The position numbers were made by a program, and so were the translations under genes. The notes below the pieces were generated by a model. It worked only from the letters and a program-made list of their open reading frames with translations, had not been told where the DNA came from and ran no database searches. A stretch of DNA of 60,161 nt from Candidatus Fraserbacteria bacterium (lineage in GTDB: Bacteria; Bipolaricaulota; Bipolaricaulia; RBG-16-55-9), in the NCBI GenBank assembly GCA_037442925.1, contig JBBIPG010000005.1, positions 1-60,161 on the forward strand, given 5' to 3'. How positions within the stretch are numbered: position 1 is the first letter of the stretch; every line of letters starts with the position of its first letter. This document shows, piece by piece, positions 27,293 through 36,369 of the stretch.

Positions 27293-27322
27293 GGGGCCGG
27301 GCGAACACCGCTCGGCCCCTTT
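27293..27322 (+). terminator. Probable intrinsic terminator
   Basis: GGGGCCGGGCG-AACAC-CGCTCGGCCCC followed by TTT. Confidence 0.65.
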
Positions 27323-27375
27323 ACTCAATTGCCGAGGCTGGAAAGGAATGACAGAGTTGGACTAAAATTGAACTA

Positions 27376-27855
27376 ATGCTTCTCATCTATGTCGACGTGT
27401 GTTGCTTAAACAGACCTTTCGACGATCAGACCCAGCAACGCATCCGTCTGGAAGCCGAAGCGGTGTTGCTGATCCTTACTCGATGCCAAAGTCGCAAGTG
27501 GCGGATGCTGAGTAGTGAAGCAGTAAATCTCGAAATCTCTCGCATCCCTGATGTTGAAAGAAAGCAACGAGTTCAGTTGTTGCATTCCTTGGTAGCATCC
27601 ATAGCGAAGGTGACGGCACAAGTCGAGCGTCGCGCTCTGGAGTTGGAAGCACTCGGATTTCAAGCATTGGATGCTTTACATATTGCCTGCGCGGAAGCCG
27701 GGGAGGCCGATGTGTTGCTCACGACCGACGATCGATTGTTGCAAACGGCAAGAAAGCATAGTAACTTGTTGAAAGTGCGGGTGGCAAACCCTGTTGCATG
27801 GTTTATGGAGGTGATTGAGCATGAAGACTTCGAAGACCAGTCCAGCTCAGATTAG
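27376..27855 (+). CDS. PIN-domain toxin (VapC-like)
   Basis: IYVDVCCLNRPFDDQ, DALHIACA, LLTTDDRL. Confidence 0.88.
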   Translation: MLLIYVDVCCLNRPFDDQTQQRIRLEAEAVLLILTRCQSRKWRMLSSEAVNLEISRIPDVERKQRVQLLHSLVASIAKVTAQVERRALELEALGFQALDALHIACAEAGEADVLLTTDDRLLQTARKHSNLLKVRVANPVAWFMEVIEHEDFEDQSSSD

Positions 27856-28036
27856 AAGCCGTGGCTTAGAGGCGCTAGCCAAAGCCCTAGGACCGGTGGG
27901 CATGGTTCGTTTCCTCCAGGAATTCGATGTCGGCAGTGGGGATTATACCGAAGACCGTCATCGATGGTTGGAGGGTGTCACCGTCCGGAAGGCCATTGAA
28001 GGAATTAAGAAGTGGCGAAGGCAAACGAGTAGGTAA
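27821..28036 (+). CDS. Putative antitoxin partner of the PIN toxin
   Basis: GLEALAKALGPVGMVRFLQ.FD.GSGDYT; overlaps the toxin end; GGAGGTG RBS. Confidence 0.75.
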   Translation: MKTSKTSPAQIRSRGLEALAKALGPVGMVRFLQEFDVGSGDYTEDRHRWLEGVTVRKAIEGIKKWRRQTSR

Positions 28037-28086
28037 CTACCCCTCCCAAGCACTAGCACCCACAAGGTACAAATCTCCCTACACGG

Positions 28087-28175
28087 ATTTAACGATTTGA
28101 TTTTTTTAACGCTCCTCCTGTATACTATTGGGCAAGTCATCCAAGTGGGAGAGACCCACAAAAAGGAGGCAGGCT
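28087..28175 (+). promoter_or_regulatory. Promoter/leader paralog of 23004-23092
   Basis: ATTTAACGATTTGATTTTTTTAACG...TATACT...AGAGAC...AAAAGGAGG. Confidence 0.65.
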
Positions 28176-30020
28176 ATGGTGCGTGCTTACATATTCAAAC
28201 TGCTCGTCTTGGGCGCAGTCTTGCTTCCTTGGGCACTGGTTGCAGGGAATAGTGAGCAGATCGGATCGGCACAACCATCCACGGAGACAAGCGGGCGGTT
28301 GGTGTGGTTTGCTCCCAACATGGATGCAGGAGGACCTGACACATGGCCATCCGGTGTCTTGCGGTTTTCCCCGCCTGAAGACGCGCGCAAGCTCTTCGAA
28401 CCTGGAGCCCCTTGGCCTTCAGGACGAGCAGGGATCCAGGTGTTCAAGTTCTACATTGACGTGCTGGGAGGCCTATACAACTTGCCAGTCTCACAAGCCA
28501 TCCAAGCGCTCAAAGATGCCAATATCGCTATCGCCGTCGAGGCTGGAGGACTGCGGGATTGGGAGTGCTCCGGTGCCAGAATGGCACAAATCGAGCTAGC
28601 CAAAATGGCTCCCATTACGCGAGCCGGCGCCCAGCTGAGTTACTTGCACTTGGATTCCCCGTTCGCTCATACGCTTGCTAGCGACAGTTCTAATCCATGC
28701 CAGTACACCATTGAGCAAGCAGCGTCCCAACTGTTGGTCTACATCAAAGCTGTAAAGCAGCAGTATCCCAACGTGAAAATCGGACTGAGCGAACCTGTCC
28801 CTCATTACACTGTGGGGGAGTTTCGGACCCAGGGAGGCCTCGTCTATGGGGACTTACTTCAACTGTTAGATACAGTTCAAGCTATACTGAAACAAGGCGG
28901 CGAAGCGCTCGACTTCTTTCACGCGGATGGAGCTGCTTATGACTGGGTTGAAGCACTCCCTGGCCGACAAGGCTGGGCTAAACTCAAGGCTCTGCAGGAT
29001 TTCGTACGGAGCCGGGGTATGCGCTTCGGCATCCTCTACAACTCTGCCCGTGCTGGCCGAACGTCTGATGAGCTCTTTTTCCATGAGACACTGGCGCTGA
29101 AGGCAAAATTCGCTCAGATTGCGGGCGACCCGGACGACTTAGTCGTGCAAAGCTGGTCTTGGTACCCGCGCCAGTGGCTGCCCGAAGACCAGCCGTACAC
29201 ATACACGTACTTGCTCAAGAAGTTCTTAACCGCCGAAGTACCGGAGCTCAGTCTTACTGTCGGTCCTCCATCGGTAGGTGACTCACGACAGATTACCGGA
29301 ACCCTCAAGGATCAGACTGGGCATCCCATTGTGAATGCGCCGATTGAGTTCTTCGTGACGCCGCTTACTGGTCAAGGGCAATTTGCTGAATACACTGAAG
29401 CTCTTGCGCCTGGTAACACGGTACCCGCTACTGTTCCAGCAGGTGTGGCACAAGCCATTGTACTGGTCCGAGTCAACCGAGCATGCGCATGCGCTGGGAC
29501 GAGCGATTTCACCCTCTATGAAGTCCGATATACTGAAGGCAACGAAACAACCAACCGCGTGCCCAATGGGAACTTTTCACAAGGATTAGAAGGTTGGGGC
29601 TGGCGAATGAGCACGGGTACGGTCCTCCTTGAACCCAGTGACCGGGGTCCTGGCCAGATGTTGCATGTGATGGCCACACCTACACAAACGGTCATTCTCA
29701 ATGGCACACCTTTCGCTGTGACGGCTGGTGCAACGTATACGACTAGCTTTGCGGCACGAGTCGCGCCGATATCCATAGGCAGCGGCTACTTTGCAGTGGT
29801 CTTCCTGGATTCATCGGGTAACGAAGTGAGACGCCTGTCAATTCCGTTCGATCTTGCCAGTATCTCTATCGGCCAGACAATTACCGATGCCAATGGAGCC
29901 TTTCAGTTCACCCTACGCGACCTTCCGGAAGGCCAGTTGCTGCTAGAAGCCAGTTATCCAGGGGACGATGAACGTTACCTACCTGCATGGGCCAGTGTCA
30001 CGCTGGAGTCCCGTAGATGA
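28176..30020 (+). CDS. Secreted protein: putative TIM-barrel domain plus Ig/CBM-like module
   Basis: AGGAGG RBS, signal peptide; C-terminal ~255 aa closely similar to 26340-27239. Confidence 0.75.
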   Translation: MVRAYIFKLLVLGAVLLPWALVAGNSEQIGSAQPSTETSGRLVWFAPNMDAGGPDTWPSGVLRFSPPEDARKLFEPGAPWPSGRAGIQVFKFYIDVLGGLYNLPVSQAIQALKDANIAIAVEAGGLRDWECSGARMAQIELAKMAPITRAGAQLSYLHLDSPFAHTLASDSSNPCQYTIEQAASQLLVYIKAVKQQYPNVKIGLSEPVPHYTVGEFRTQGGLVYGDLLQLLDTVQAILKQGGEALDFFHADGAAYDWVEALPGRQGWAKLKALQDFVRSRGMRFGILYNSARAGRTSDELFFHETLALKAKFAQIAGDPDDLVVQSWSWYPRQWLPEDQPYTYTYLLKKFLTAEVPELSLTVGPPSVGDSRQITGTLKDQTGHPIVNAPIEFFVTPLTGQGQFAEYTEALAPGNTVPATVPAGVAQAIVLVRVNRACACAGTSDFTLYEVRYTEGNETTNRVPNGNFSQGLEGWGWRMSTGTVLLEPSDRGPGQMLHVMATPTQTVILNGTPFAVTAGATYTTSFAARVAPISIGSGYFAVVFLDSSGNEVRRLSIPFDLASISIGQTITDANGAFQFTLRDLPEGQLLLEASYPGDDERYLPAWASVTLESRR

Positions 30021-30168
30021 CAGCGACAACGCACTGAGACGGAGCCGTATTCAGGGCTGGAATCGCGAAGGCAGGGGCCGGGCGAACTCCGCACTCAGCC
30101 CACTGTGATCTTTTTGATGTCCCTACATGACCAGGCTAAAATGAACTGACTAGAGGAGTGAGTGTACG

Positions 30169-30486
30169 ATGCGGGAGCGAATATACGCGTATCTCGTTGA
30201 CTTCATCGTCGAACCCGATGATGGCCAATACTATGCACATTGCCCTGGACTCGGAGGAGTTCATGAGAGCGGGGAAACTGTGGAAGAGGCCTTGGCCAAT
30301 GCGTATGACTCCTTTCTGTCGATATTGGAAGTCCGCTTGGAACGAGGAGATGTGCTCCCTGAAGGCCCCCACTTGATTGCTCTGCGCACTCCCCCGGAGT
30401 TGCCTCTCGAAGACATAAGACCAAAGCTCAAGGAACGCAAAGGACGCCGTCAGGTTAAGACCCTCTTGGTACCAGCTCCCGCTTGA
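30169..30486 (+). CDS. HicB-family antitoxin
   Basis: YYAHCPGLGGVHESGETVEEALAN. Confidence 0.85.
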   Translation: MRERIYAYLVDFIVEPDDGQYYAHCPGLGGVHESGETVEEALANAYDSFLSILEVRLERGDVLPEGPHLIALRTPPELPLEDIRPKLKERKGRRQVKTLLVPAPA

Positions 30487-30505
30487 CTGTACGGCGAGAT
30501 CTAGA

Positions 30506-30775
30506 GTGTGGCCGAAACACATCTGGGATCAACTCAAAAATCTCACTGCGCAGGATCTGATTAATGCGCTTGACAGGAGAGAATCCGGTTGGACCCGGGT
30601 GCGTACTAAAGGGAGTCGCTACATCTATCGCAACCCCAATCGGCCACCGGACAAGCAGGATGTCTCCATCCATTTTCACCCTAGGAAAACCTTCGGACCC
30701 AAACAGCTCAGAGGCCTACTCGATACTATTGGCTGGAAGGAAGCCGATCTCCGTCGACTCAAGCTCATTCGGTAG
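30506..30775 (+). CDS. HicA-family toxin
   Basis: LINALDR..GW.RVRTKGSRYIY, SIHFHP.KTFGPKQL..LL..IGW. Confidence 0.8.
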   Translation: MWPKHIWDQLKNLTAQDLINALDRRESGWTRVRTKGSRYIYRNPNRPPDKQDVSIHFHPRKTFGPKQLRGLLDTIGWKEADLRRLKLIR

Positions 30776-30883
30776 CATCTGGCCCCTTGACTTTCCCAGT
30801 GAAATCCTCTTTGAAATCCGCAAGCTCCACTAGCTATAATCCTCCGTACACTCGAACCCCAAATCATAAAGGGAGGAACATCG

Positions 30884-31816
30884 GTGTCCGCCGACGGAGG
30901 AGTCGTACTGCAACGGAAGCCGGACTGGCTGAAGATTCGTCCTCCTTCGGGCGAGAAATACAAGCATATCCATCAGACCCTGCGCTCTCACAGCCTTCAC
31001 ACCGTCTGTGAAGAGGCCCGATGTCCCAACGTGCATGAGTGCTGGGGCGGCGGCACGGCTACGCTCATGCTCATGGGCGATGTGTGTACGAGAGGCTGCC
31101 GCTTCTGTGCTGTCACCTCTGGGCATCCCAACGGCTGGCTCGATCCCTTAGAGCCCTGGAAGGTCGCCAAAGTGCTGGGAGAATGGGGTCTCGACTACGT
31201 CGTGCTCACTTCCGTAGCGCGAGATGATCTGCCCGATGGAGGCTCAGGGCACTTCGCCCAAACTGTGAAAGCCATCAAGGAGCAACATCCCAAGATGCTC
31301 GTGGAAGTGCTCATCCCTGATTTTCAAGGAAATGTGGAATCTCTCAAAAAAGTGGTAGATGCCAAACCGGATGTGATCGATCACAACATCGAGACCGTAG
31401 AGAGGCTGACACCTAAAGTGCGTGACCGACGGGCGAAATATCATCAATCCCTGAAAGTCTTAGAAAACGTCAAGCAGCTCGATCCCACGCGCTACACGAA
31501 GTCCTCCATCATGGTTGGGTTGGGCGAGACCGAAGAAGAAGTGATTCAGACGATGAAAGATCTGCGCACCGTGGGAGCGGATATTCTCACCGTGGGACAA
31601 TACCTGCGACCAACCCAAAGGCATATCGAAGTGAACGAATACGTTCATCCCGAGCAGTTTGAGCGCTATAAGAAGCTAGGCGAAGAGATGGGATTTCTCT
31701 ATGTGGCATCGGGTCCGCTGGTGAGGAGCTCCTATCGGGCGGGAGAGTTTTTTGTCGCTAGCTTACTGAGAAAGAGAGAAGGAGGACGAGTGAATGGCCA
31801 AGAGCACCGAGTTTAA
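30884..31816 (+). CDS. lipA: Lipoyl synthase
   Basis: CEEARCPNVHEC, CTRGCRFC, GPLVRSSY. Confidence 0.97.
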   Translation: MSADGGVVLQRKPDWLKIRPPSGEKYKHIHQTLRSHSLHTVCEEARCPNVHECWGGGTATLMLMGDVCTRGCRFCAVTSGHPNGWLDPLEPWKVAKVLGEWGLDYVVLTSVARDDLPDGGSGHFAQTVKAIKEQHPKMLVEVLIPDFQGNVESLKKVVDAKPDVIDHNIETVERLTPKVRDRRAKYHQSLKVLENVKQLDPTRYTKSSIMVGLGETEEEVIQTMKDLRTVGADILTVGQYLRPTQRHIEVNEYVHPEQFERYKKLGEEMGFLYVASGPLVRSSYRAGEFFVASLLRKREGGRVNGQEHRV

Positions 31817-32936
31817 GTCTAAAGAGAGAATCAAGACAGACCGCAAGGGTGGACGGAGCTGGACGTTGGGTGCCATGATTCGAGTGTTGGACGATGATGG
31901 CCATCTGCTCGATGAAGACTACGAGTCTGGGCTTTCGATCGAAGCTCTAAAGAAGATCTACCGCTGGATGGTCGTGGCACGGGTCTTCGACGAACGGGCA
32001 TTGGCCTTGCAACGCCAGGGCCGCTTGGGGACTATCGCGCCTCTCTCTGGCCAGGAAGCGGCTCAAGTGGGAAGTGCGTGGGCGCTGCAACCCGCTGATT
32101 GGATGTTCCCCTCGTATCGAGAGCACGCGGTCCAAGCTGTACGGGGTCAGCGATGGGTGGATATCTTGGCTTACTGGGGTGGCAACGAAGAGGGGAATCG
32201 CATCCCAGAGGGAATCAATAATTTCACGATCTCCATCCCCATTGCGACGCAGTGCCTGCACGCTGTGGGTGCGGCGTGGGCGGCCAAGCTCAAGGGCGAT
32301 CGCATTGCCACGATGGTCTACTTCGGTGACGGCGGGACCTCGGAGGGAGATTTTCACGAAGCGATGAACTTCGCTGGTGTTTTCCAGTGCCCCGTAGTCT
32401 TCTTCTGCCAGAACAATCAATACGCCATCTCGCTGCCGCGCGAGAAGCAGACGGCCTCGGAGACCATTGCGCAAAAGGCGATTGCCTACGGCTTCTCAGG
32501 TGTTCAAGTCGACGGCAATGATGTGCTTGCTGTCTATCAAGTCACCAAGCAGGCACTGGAAAAGGCTCGTGCCGGCGGTGGGCCCACCTTGATTGAAGCC
32601 ATCACCTATCGACTGCAGCATCACACAACAGCTGACGATTGGACGCGCTACCGCTCCAAGGAAGAGGTCGAGGAATGGAAACGCAAGGACCCCATCACAC
32701 GCTTCCGCAAGTACTTGGAAAGGGAAGGCTTCTGGGGCCCGAAAGACGAAGAGAAAATCTGGGAGGAGGCCAAGGCTGAAATTGCCAAAGTCGTCGAAGA
32801 ATACGAGAAGATGCCGGAGCGCGACGTGGAAGAGATCTTCAAGTACACCTATGCCGAGATGCCCTGGAATCTCAAAGAACAGCTGGAAGATCTCCGTGCG
32901 TATCTGAAAGAGCGCGGCGAAGGAAAAGAGGAGTGA
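31794..32936 (+). CDS. pdhA: 2-oxoacid (pyruvate/branched-chain) dehydrogenase E1 alpha
   Basis: LQRQGR, GQEAAQ, TPP motif GDGGTSEGDFHEAMN...NNQYAIS, HTTADD. Confidence 0.92.
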   Translation: MAKSTEFKSKERIKTDRKGGRSWTLGAMIRVLDDDGHLLDEDYESGLSIEALKKIYRWMVVARVFDERALALQRQGRLGTIAPLSGQEAAQVGSAWALQPADWMFPSYREHAVQAVRGQRWVDILAYWGGNEEGNRIPEGINNFTISIPIATQCLHAVGAAWAAKLKGDRIATMVYFGDGGTSEGDFHEAMNFAGVFQCPVVFFCQNNQYAISLPREKQTASETIAQKAIAYGFSGVQVDGNDVLAVYQVTKQALEKARAGGGPTLIEAITYRLQHHTTADDWTRYRSKEEVEEWKRKDPITRFRKYLEREGFWGPKDEEKIWEEAKAEIAKVVEEYEKMPERDVEEIFKYTYAEMPWNLKEQLEDLRAYLKERGEGKEE

Positions 32937-32939
32937 CTC

Positions 32940-33917
32940 GTGGCACAGCTGACGCTCGTCCAGGCAATCAACGACGCGCTCAAGACAGAGATGCGCTTGG
33001 ACGATCGGGTGTTGGTCATGGGCGAAGATGTGAGCGTGGATGGCGGGGTCTTTCGCGCCACCGAAGGCCTTCTACAAGAATTCGGTCCGGAGCGCACGCT
33101 CGATACCCCGCTTGCGGAATCGGGGATCGTGGGGACGGCCATTGGGATGGCTCTCTATGGATTGCGCCCTGTAGCCGAGATCCAGTTTGACGGGTTCATG
33201 CCACCGGCTTTTGATCACATTGTCTCGCACGCGGCACGCATTCGTTGGCGTTCGCGAGGGCGGTATCACGTGCCTCTCGTCGTTCGCGCTCCCTACGGCG
33301 GAGGAATCCACGCGCCGGAGCATCACTCGGAAAGTCCAGAAGCATACTACGCGCACACGCCCGGCCTCAAAGTGGTGATTCCATCCAGCGCCTACGATGC
33401 AAAGGGGCTGCTCATCGCAGCCATCCGTGATCCAGATCCCGTCATCTTTCTAGAACCAAAGAAGATCTATCGCGCATTTCGCGAAGACGTGCCAGAGGGG
33501 GACTACACGGTCCCTTTGGGCAAAGCGAGGGTCGTTAAAGAAGGAGCAGACCTCACCATCGTCTCCTGGGGCTACATGGCACACGTCTCACTCCAAGCGG
33601 CGGAAGAGGCACAGGACGAGGGTATTCAAGCAGAAGTGATTGATCTACGCACTCTTGTCCCCTTGGACATCGAGACGGTGATTCGTTCTGTCGAGAAGAC
33701 GGGACGATGTGTGATCGCGCAAGAATCGCCTCCCACCTGCAGCTTCGGCGCTGAGCTTATGGCCCTTATCAACGACAAAGCGTTTTTGTATTTGCAGGCT
33801 CCTCCTGTGCGAGTGAGCGCGTTCGACACGGCCATCCCGCTCTATCGATTAGAGGACCCTTATGTACCGGACGCGGGCAAAGTGCTCCGCGGAATCCAGA
33901 GAGTCATGCAATTCTAA
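32940..33917 (+). CDS. pdhB: 2-oxoacid dehydrogenase E1 beta, copy 1
   Basis: GEDV..GGVFRAT, DTPLAESGI, EIQF, EHHSESPE, FLEPK. Confidence 0.93.
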   Translation: MAQLTLVQAINDALKTEMRLDDRVLVMGEDVSVDGGVFRATEGLLQEFGPERTLDTPLAESGIVGTAIGMALYGLRPVAEIQFDGFMPPAFDHIVSHAARIRWRSRGRYHVPLVVRAPYGGGIHAPEHHSESPEAYYAHTPGLKVVIPSSAYDAKGLLIAAIRDPDPVIFLEPKKIYRAFREDVPEGDYTVPLGKARVVKEGADLTIVSWGYMAHVSLQAAEEAQDEGIQAEVIDLRTLVPLDIETVIRSVEKTGRCVIAQESPPTCSFGAELMALINDKAFLYLQAPPVRVSAFDTAIPLYRLEDPYVPDAGKVLRGIQRVMQF

Positions 33918-33943
33918 ATCGCAATCATGGGTGATGTTTCAAC

Positions 33944-34924
33944 ATGCCTCAACTGAATTTGGTGCAAGCTGTCAACGACGCGCTCAAAACAGAGATGCGC
34001 TTGGACGAGCGAGTGGTGGTCATGGGAGAAGACGTGGGGGTGGATGGCGGGGTCTTTCGCGCCACCGAAGGCATCTTGCAGGAGTTTGGCCCTCACCGTG
34101 CGATGGATACGCCTCTTGCGGAATCGGGCATCGTAGGGACGGCCATAGGGATGGCCGTCTATGGGCTGCGGCCCGTGGTGGAGATCCAGTTCGATGGCTT
34201 CATGCCTCCGGCGTTCGATCAGATCGTCTCGCATGCCGCGCGCATTCGCTGGCGTTCGCGGGGTCGCTTCCATGTGCCGCTGGTCATCCGTGCTCCTTAC
34301 GGCGGCGGGATTCGCGCTCTCGAACATCACTCGGAAAGTCCAGAGGCGTACTATGCACATACACCCGGCTTGAAAGTGGTCACGCCTTCGAGCCCTTACG
34401 AAGCTAAGGGCCTCTTAATTGCCTCCATCCGTGATCCTGACCCCGTAATTTTTCTAGAGCCCAAGCGCCTCTATCGCGCGTTTCGTGAAGACGTTCCGGA
34501 GGGAGACTACATGATCCCACTAGGCAAGGCTCGTGTGGCCAGCCAGGGGAAAGATATCACAGTCATCTCGTGGGGCTCGATGACCCGAACGACTCTACAA
34601 GCTGCGGAAGAAAGCAACGAGAAAGAGGGTATCTCTGCGGAAGTCATTGATCTTAGGACGCTTGTGCCCTTGGACTTTGAGACGATAAGCCAGTCGGTAC
34701 AGAAAACAGGTCGTGCGGTCGTCGTCCAGGAAGCTCCGCGCACGTGTGGCTTTGCTTCCGAGATCATGGCGCTCATCGTGGAACGCCTCCTGCTTTACCT
34801 GGAAGCGCCTGTAATACGTGTCACTGGCCATGATGTCACCATTCCCTACATGCGCATGGAAGAATATCATCTACCGGATGTGGGACGCGTAGCACGCGCA
34901 ATACATCAGGCGGTGGACTTCTAA
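33944..34924 (+). CDS. pdhB: 2-oxoacid dehydrogenase E1 beta, copy 2
   Basis: Same motifs; near-identical N-terminal half to copy 1. Confidence 0.93.
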   Translation: MPQLNLVQAVNDALKTEMRLDERVVVMGEDVGVDGGVFRATEGILQEFGPHRAMDTPLAESGIVGTAIGMAVYGLRPVVEIQFDGFMPPAFDQIVSHAARIRWRSRGRFHVPLVIRAPYGGGIRALEHHSESPEAYYAHTPGLKVVTPSSPYEAKGLLIASIRDPDPVIFLEPKRLYRAFREDVPEGDYMIPLGKARVASQGKDITVISWGSMTRTTLQAAEESNEKEGISAEVIDLRTLVPLDFETISQSVQKTGRAVVVQEAPRTCGFASEIMALIVERLLLYLEAPVIRVTGHDVTIPYMRMEEYHLPDVGRVARAIHQAVDF

Positions 34925-36366
34925 TGGTCGTCGGCGAGATTGCCACGGGGACCCAAGTGCTGGTGATCGGAGCAGGTCCCGGCGGCTATGTGGCTGCCAT
35001 TCGTGCAGCTCAGCTGGGCAAGGATGTGACACTCGTCGAAAAAGATGAACTGGGTGGCGTGTGTTTGAACATCGGCTGCATTCCCTCTAAAGCCTTGATC
35101 TACGCATCGTATCTATACGAAAAGATTCAGCACGTAGACGAGATGGGGATCTCCGTCAAGGACGTGCATGTCGAGCTAGATAAGATGCAGCTCTGGAAGG
35201 AAAGCGTCGTCAAGAGACTCACGGGAGGCGTCAAGCAGCTTTGCGAGGGCAACGGCGTGAATATCATCAAGGGCAAGGCCAGTTTTGTATCGGCGAAAAA
35301 GTGTCTAGTAGAGAGCGAGCATGGCACCCAAGCCATTGAGTTCAAAGACTGCATTATTGCCACGGGTGCTGTCCCGATGACGATTCCAGGCTTTGAGGTA
35401 GATGGAGAGAGAGTCATCGACTCAAAAGGGGCACTGGCGCTCAAAGAACTGCCCGAATCACTGGTGGTGATCGGCGGCGGTTACATTGGGCTTGAGTTGG
35501 GCATGGTGTATGCCAAGCTTGGGAGCAAAGTTACAGTCGTCGAGATGTTGGATCGCTTGCTGCCGGGGACAGAGCCGGAGTTGGTCCGTCCGGTTGCACG
35601 CAAAGCCCGTCTGCTCGGAATGGAGACCTATCTGAGTACGCAAGCCAAAGAGCTGAAGCACGGAAAAGACGGCGCGCAGCTTGTCATCACTACACCTGAG
35701 GGAGATAAGAAACTCGTGGCCGAGAAAGTGCTCGTCAGCGTCGGGCGCAAACCGAACACGCCGCCGGAGTTGGGACTGGACAAGCTGGGCATAAAGCCCG
35801 ACTCTAAGGGCTTCTTGCAAGTAGATGCTCAGATGAGAACGAGCAACCCGCACGTCTATGCGATTGGCGACGTAGCAGGGCAGCCACTTTTGGCTCATAA
35901 AGCTTCGCATGAGGGTCTGGTTGCAGCGGAAGTAATTTGTGGATTGCCCAGTGCGGCGGATTGGCAGACCGTGCCTGCCGTGATCTTCACTGACCCGGAG
36001 ATTGCCTATGCAGGCATGACAGAAGAAGAAGCGCAGAAAGCGGGTTTCAAGCCATTGGCTGGAAGATTCCCATTTGCGGCGCTGGGGCGAGCGATCAGCA
36101 TGAACGAAACGGAAGGGTTCATAAAAATCATCGCAGATGAAGCGACGAACGTGGTGTTAGGCGTGCAGATCGTTGGCCCCGAAGCGAGCAATCTCATCAG
36201 TGAAGCAGCCCTGGCTATTGAGATGGGGGCACGTCTCGAAGACCTCGCGATGACAATTCATCCTCACCCCACGTTGCCTGAAGGTCTGATGGAAGCGGCC
36301 GAAGCCGCGATGGCCAAGGCGATTCATATTCTCAATCCGAAGAAGAAGGAACCGGTAAGGGCGTAA
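34924..36366 (+). CDS. lpdA: Dihydrolipoamide dehydrogenase (E3)
   Basis: GAGPGGY, GGVCLNIGCIPSK, HPHPTLPE. Confidence 0.96.
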   Translation: MVVGEIATGTQVLVIGAGPGGYVAAIRAAQLGKDVTLVEKDELGGVCLNIGCIPSKALIYASYLYEKIQHVDEMGISVKDVHVELDKMQLWKESVVKRLTGGVKQLCEGNGVNIIKGKASFVSAKKCLVESEHGTQAIEFKDCIIATGAVPMTIPGFEVDGERVIDSKGALALKELPESLVVIGGGYIGLELGMVYAKLGSKVTVVEMLDRLLPGTEPELVRPVARKARLLGMETYLSTQAKELKHGKDGAQLVITTPEGDKKLVAEKVLVSVGRKPNTPPELGLDKLGIKPDSKGFLQVDAQMRTSNPHVYAIGDVAGQPLLAHKASHEGLVAAEVICGLPSAADWQTVPAVIFTDPEIAYAGMTEEEAQKAGFKPLAGRFPFAALGRAISMNETEGFIKIIADEATNVVLGVQIVGPEASNLISEAALAIEMGARLEDLAMTIHPHPTLPEGLMEAAEAAMAKAIHILNPKKKEPVRA

Positions 36367-36369
36367 GCA

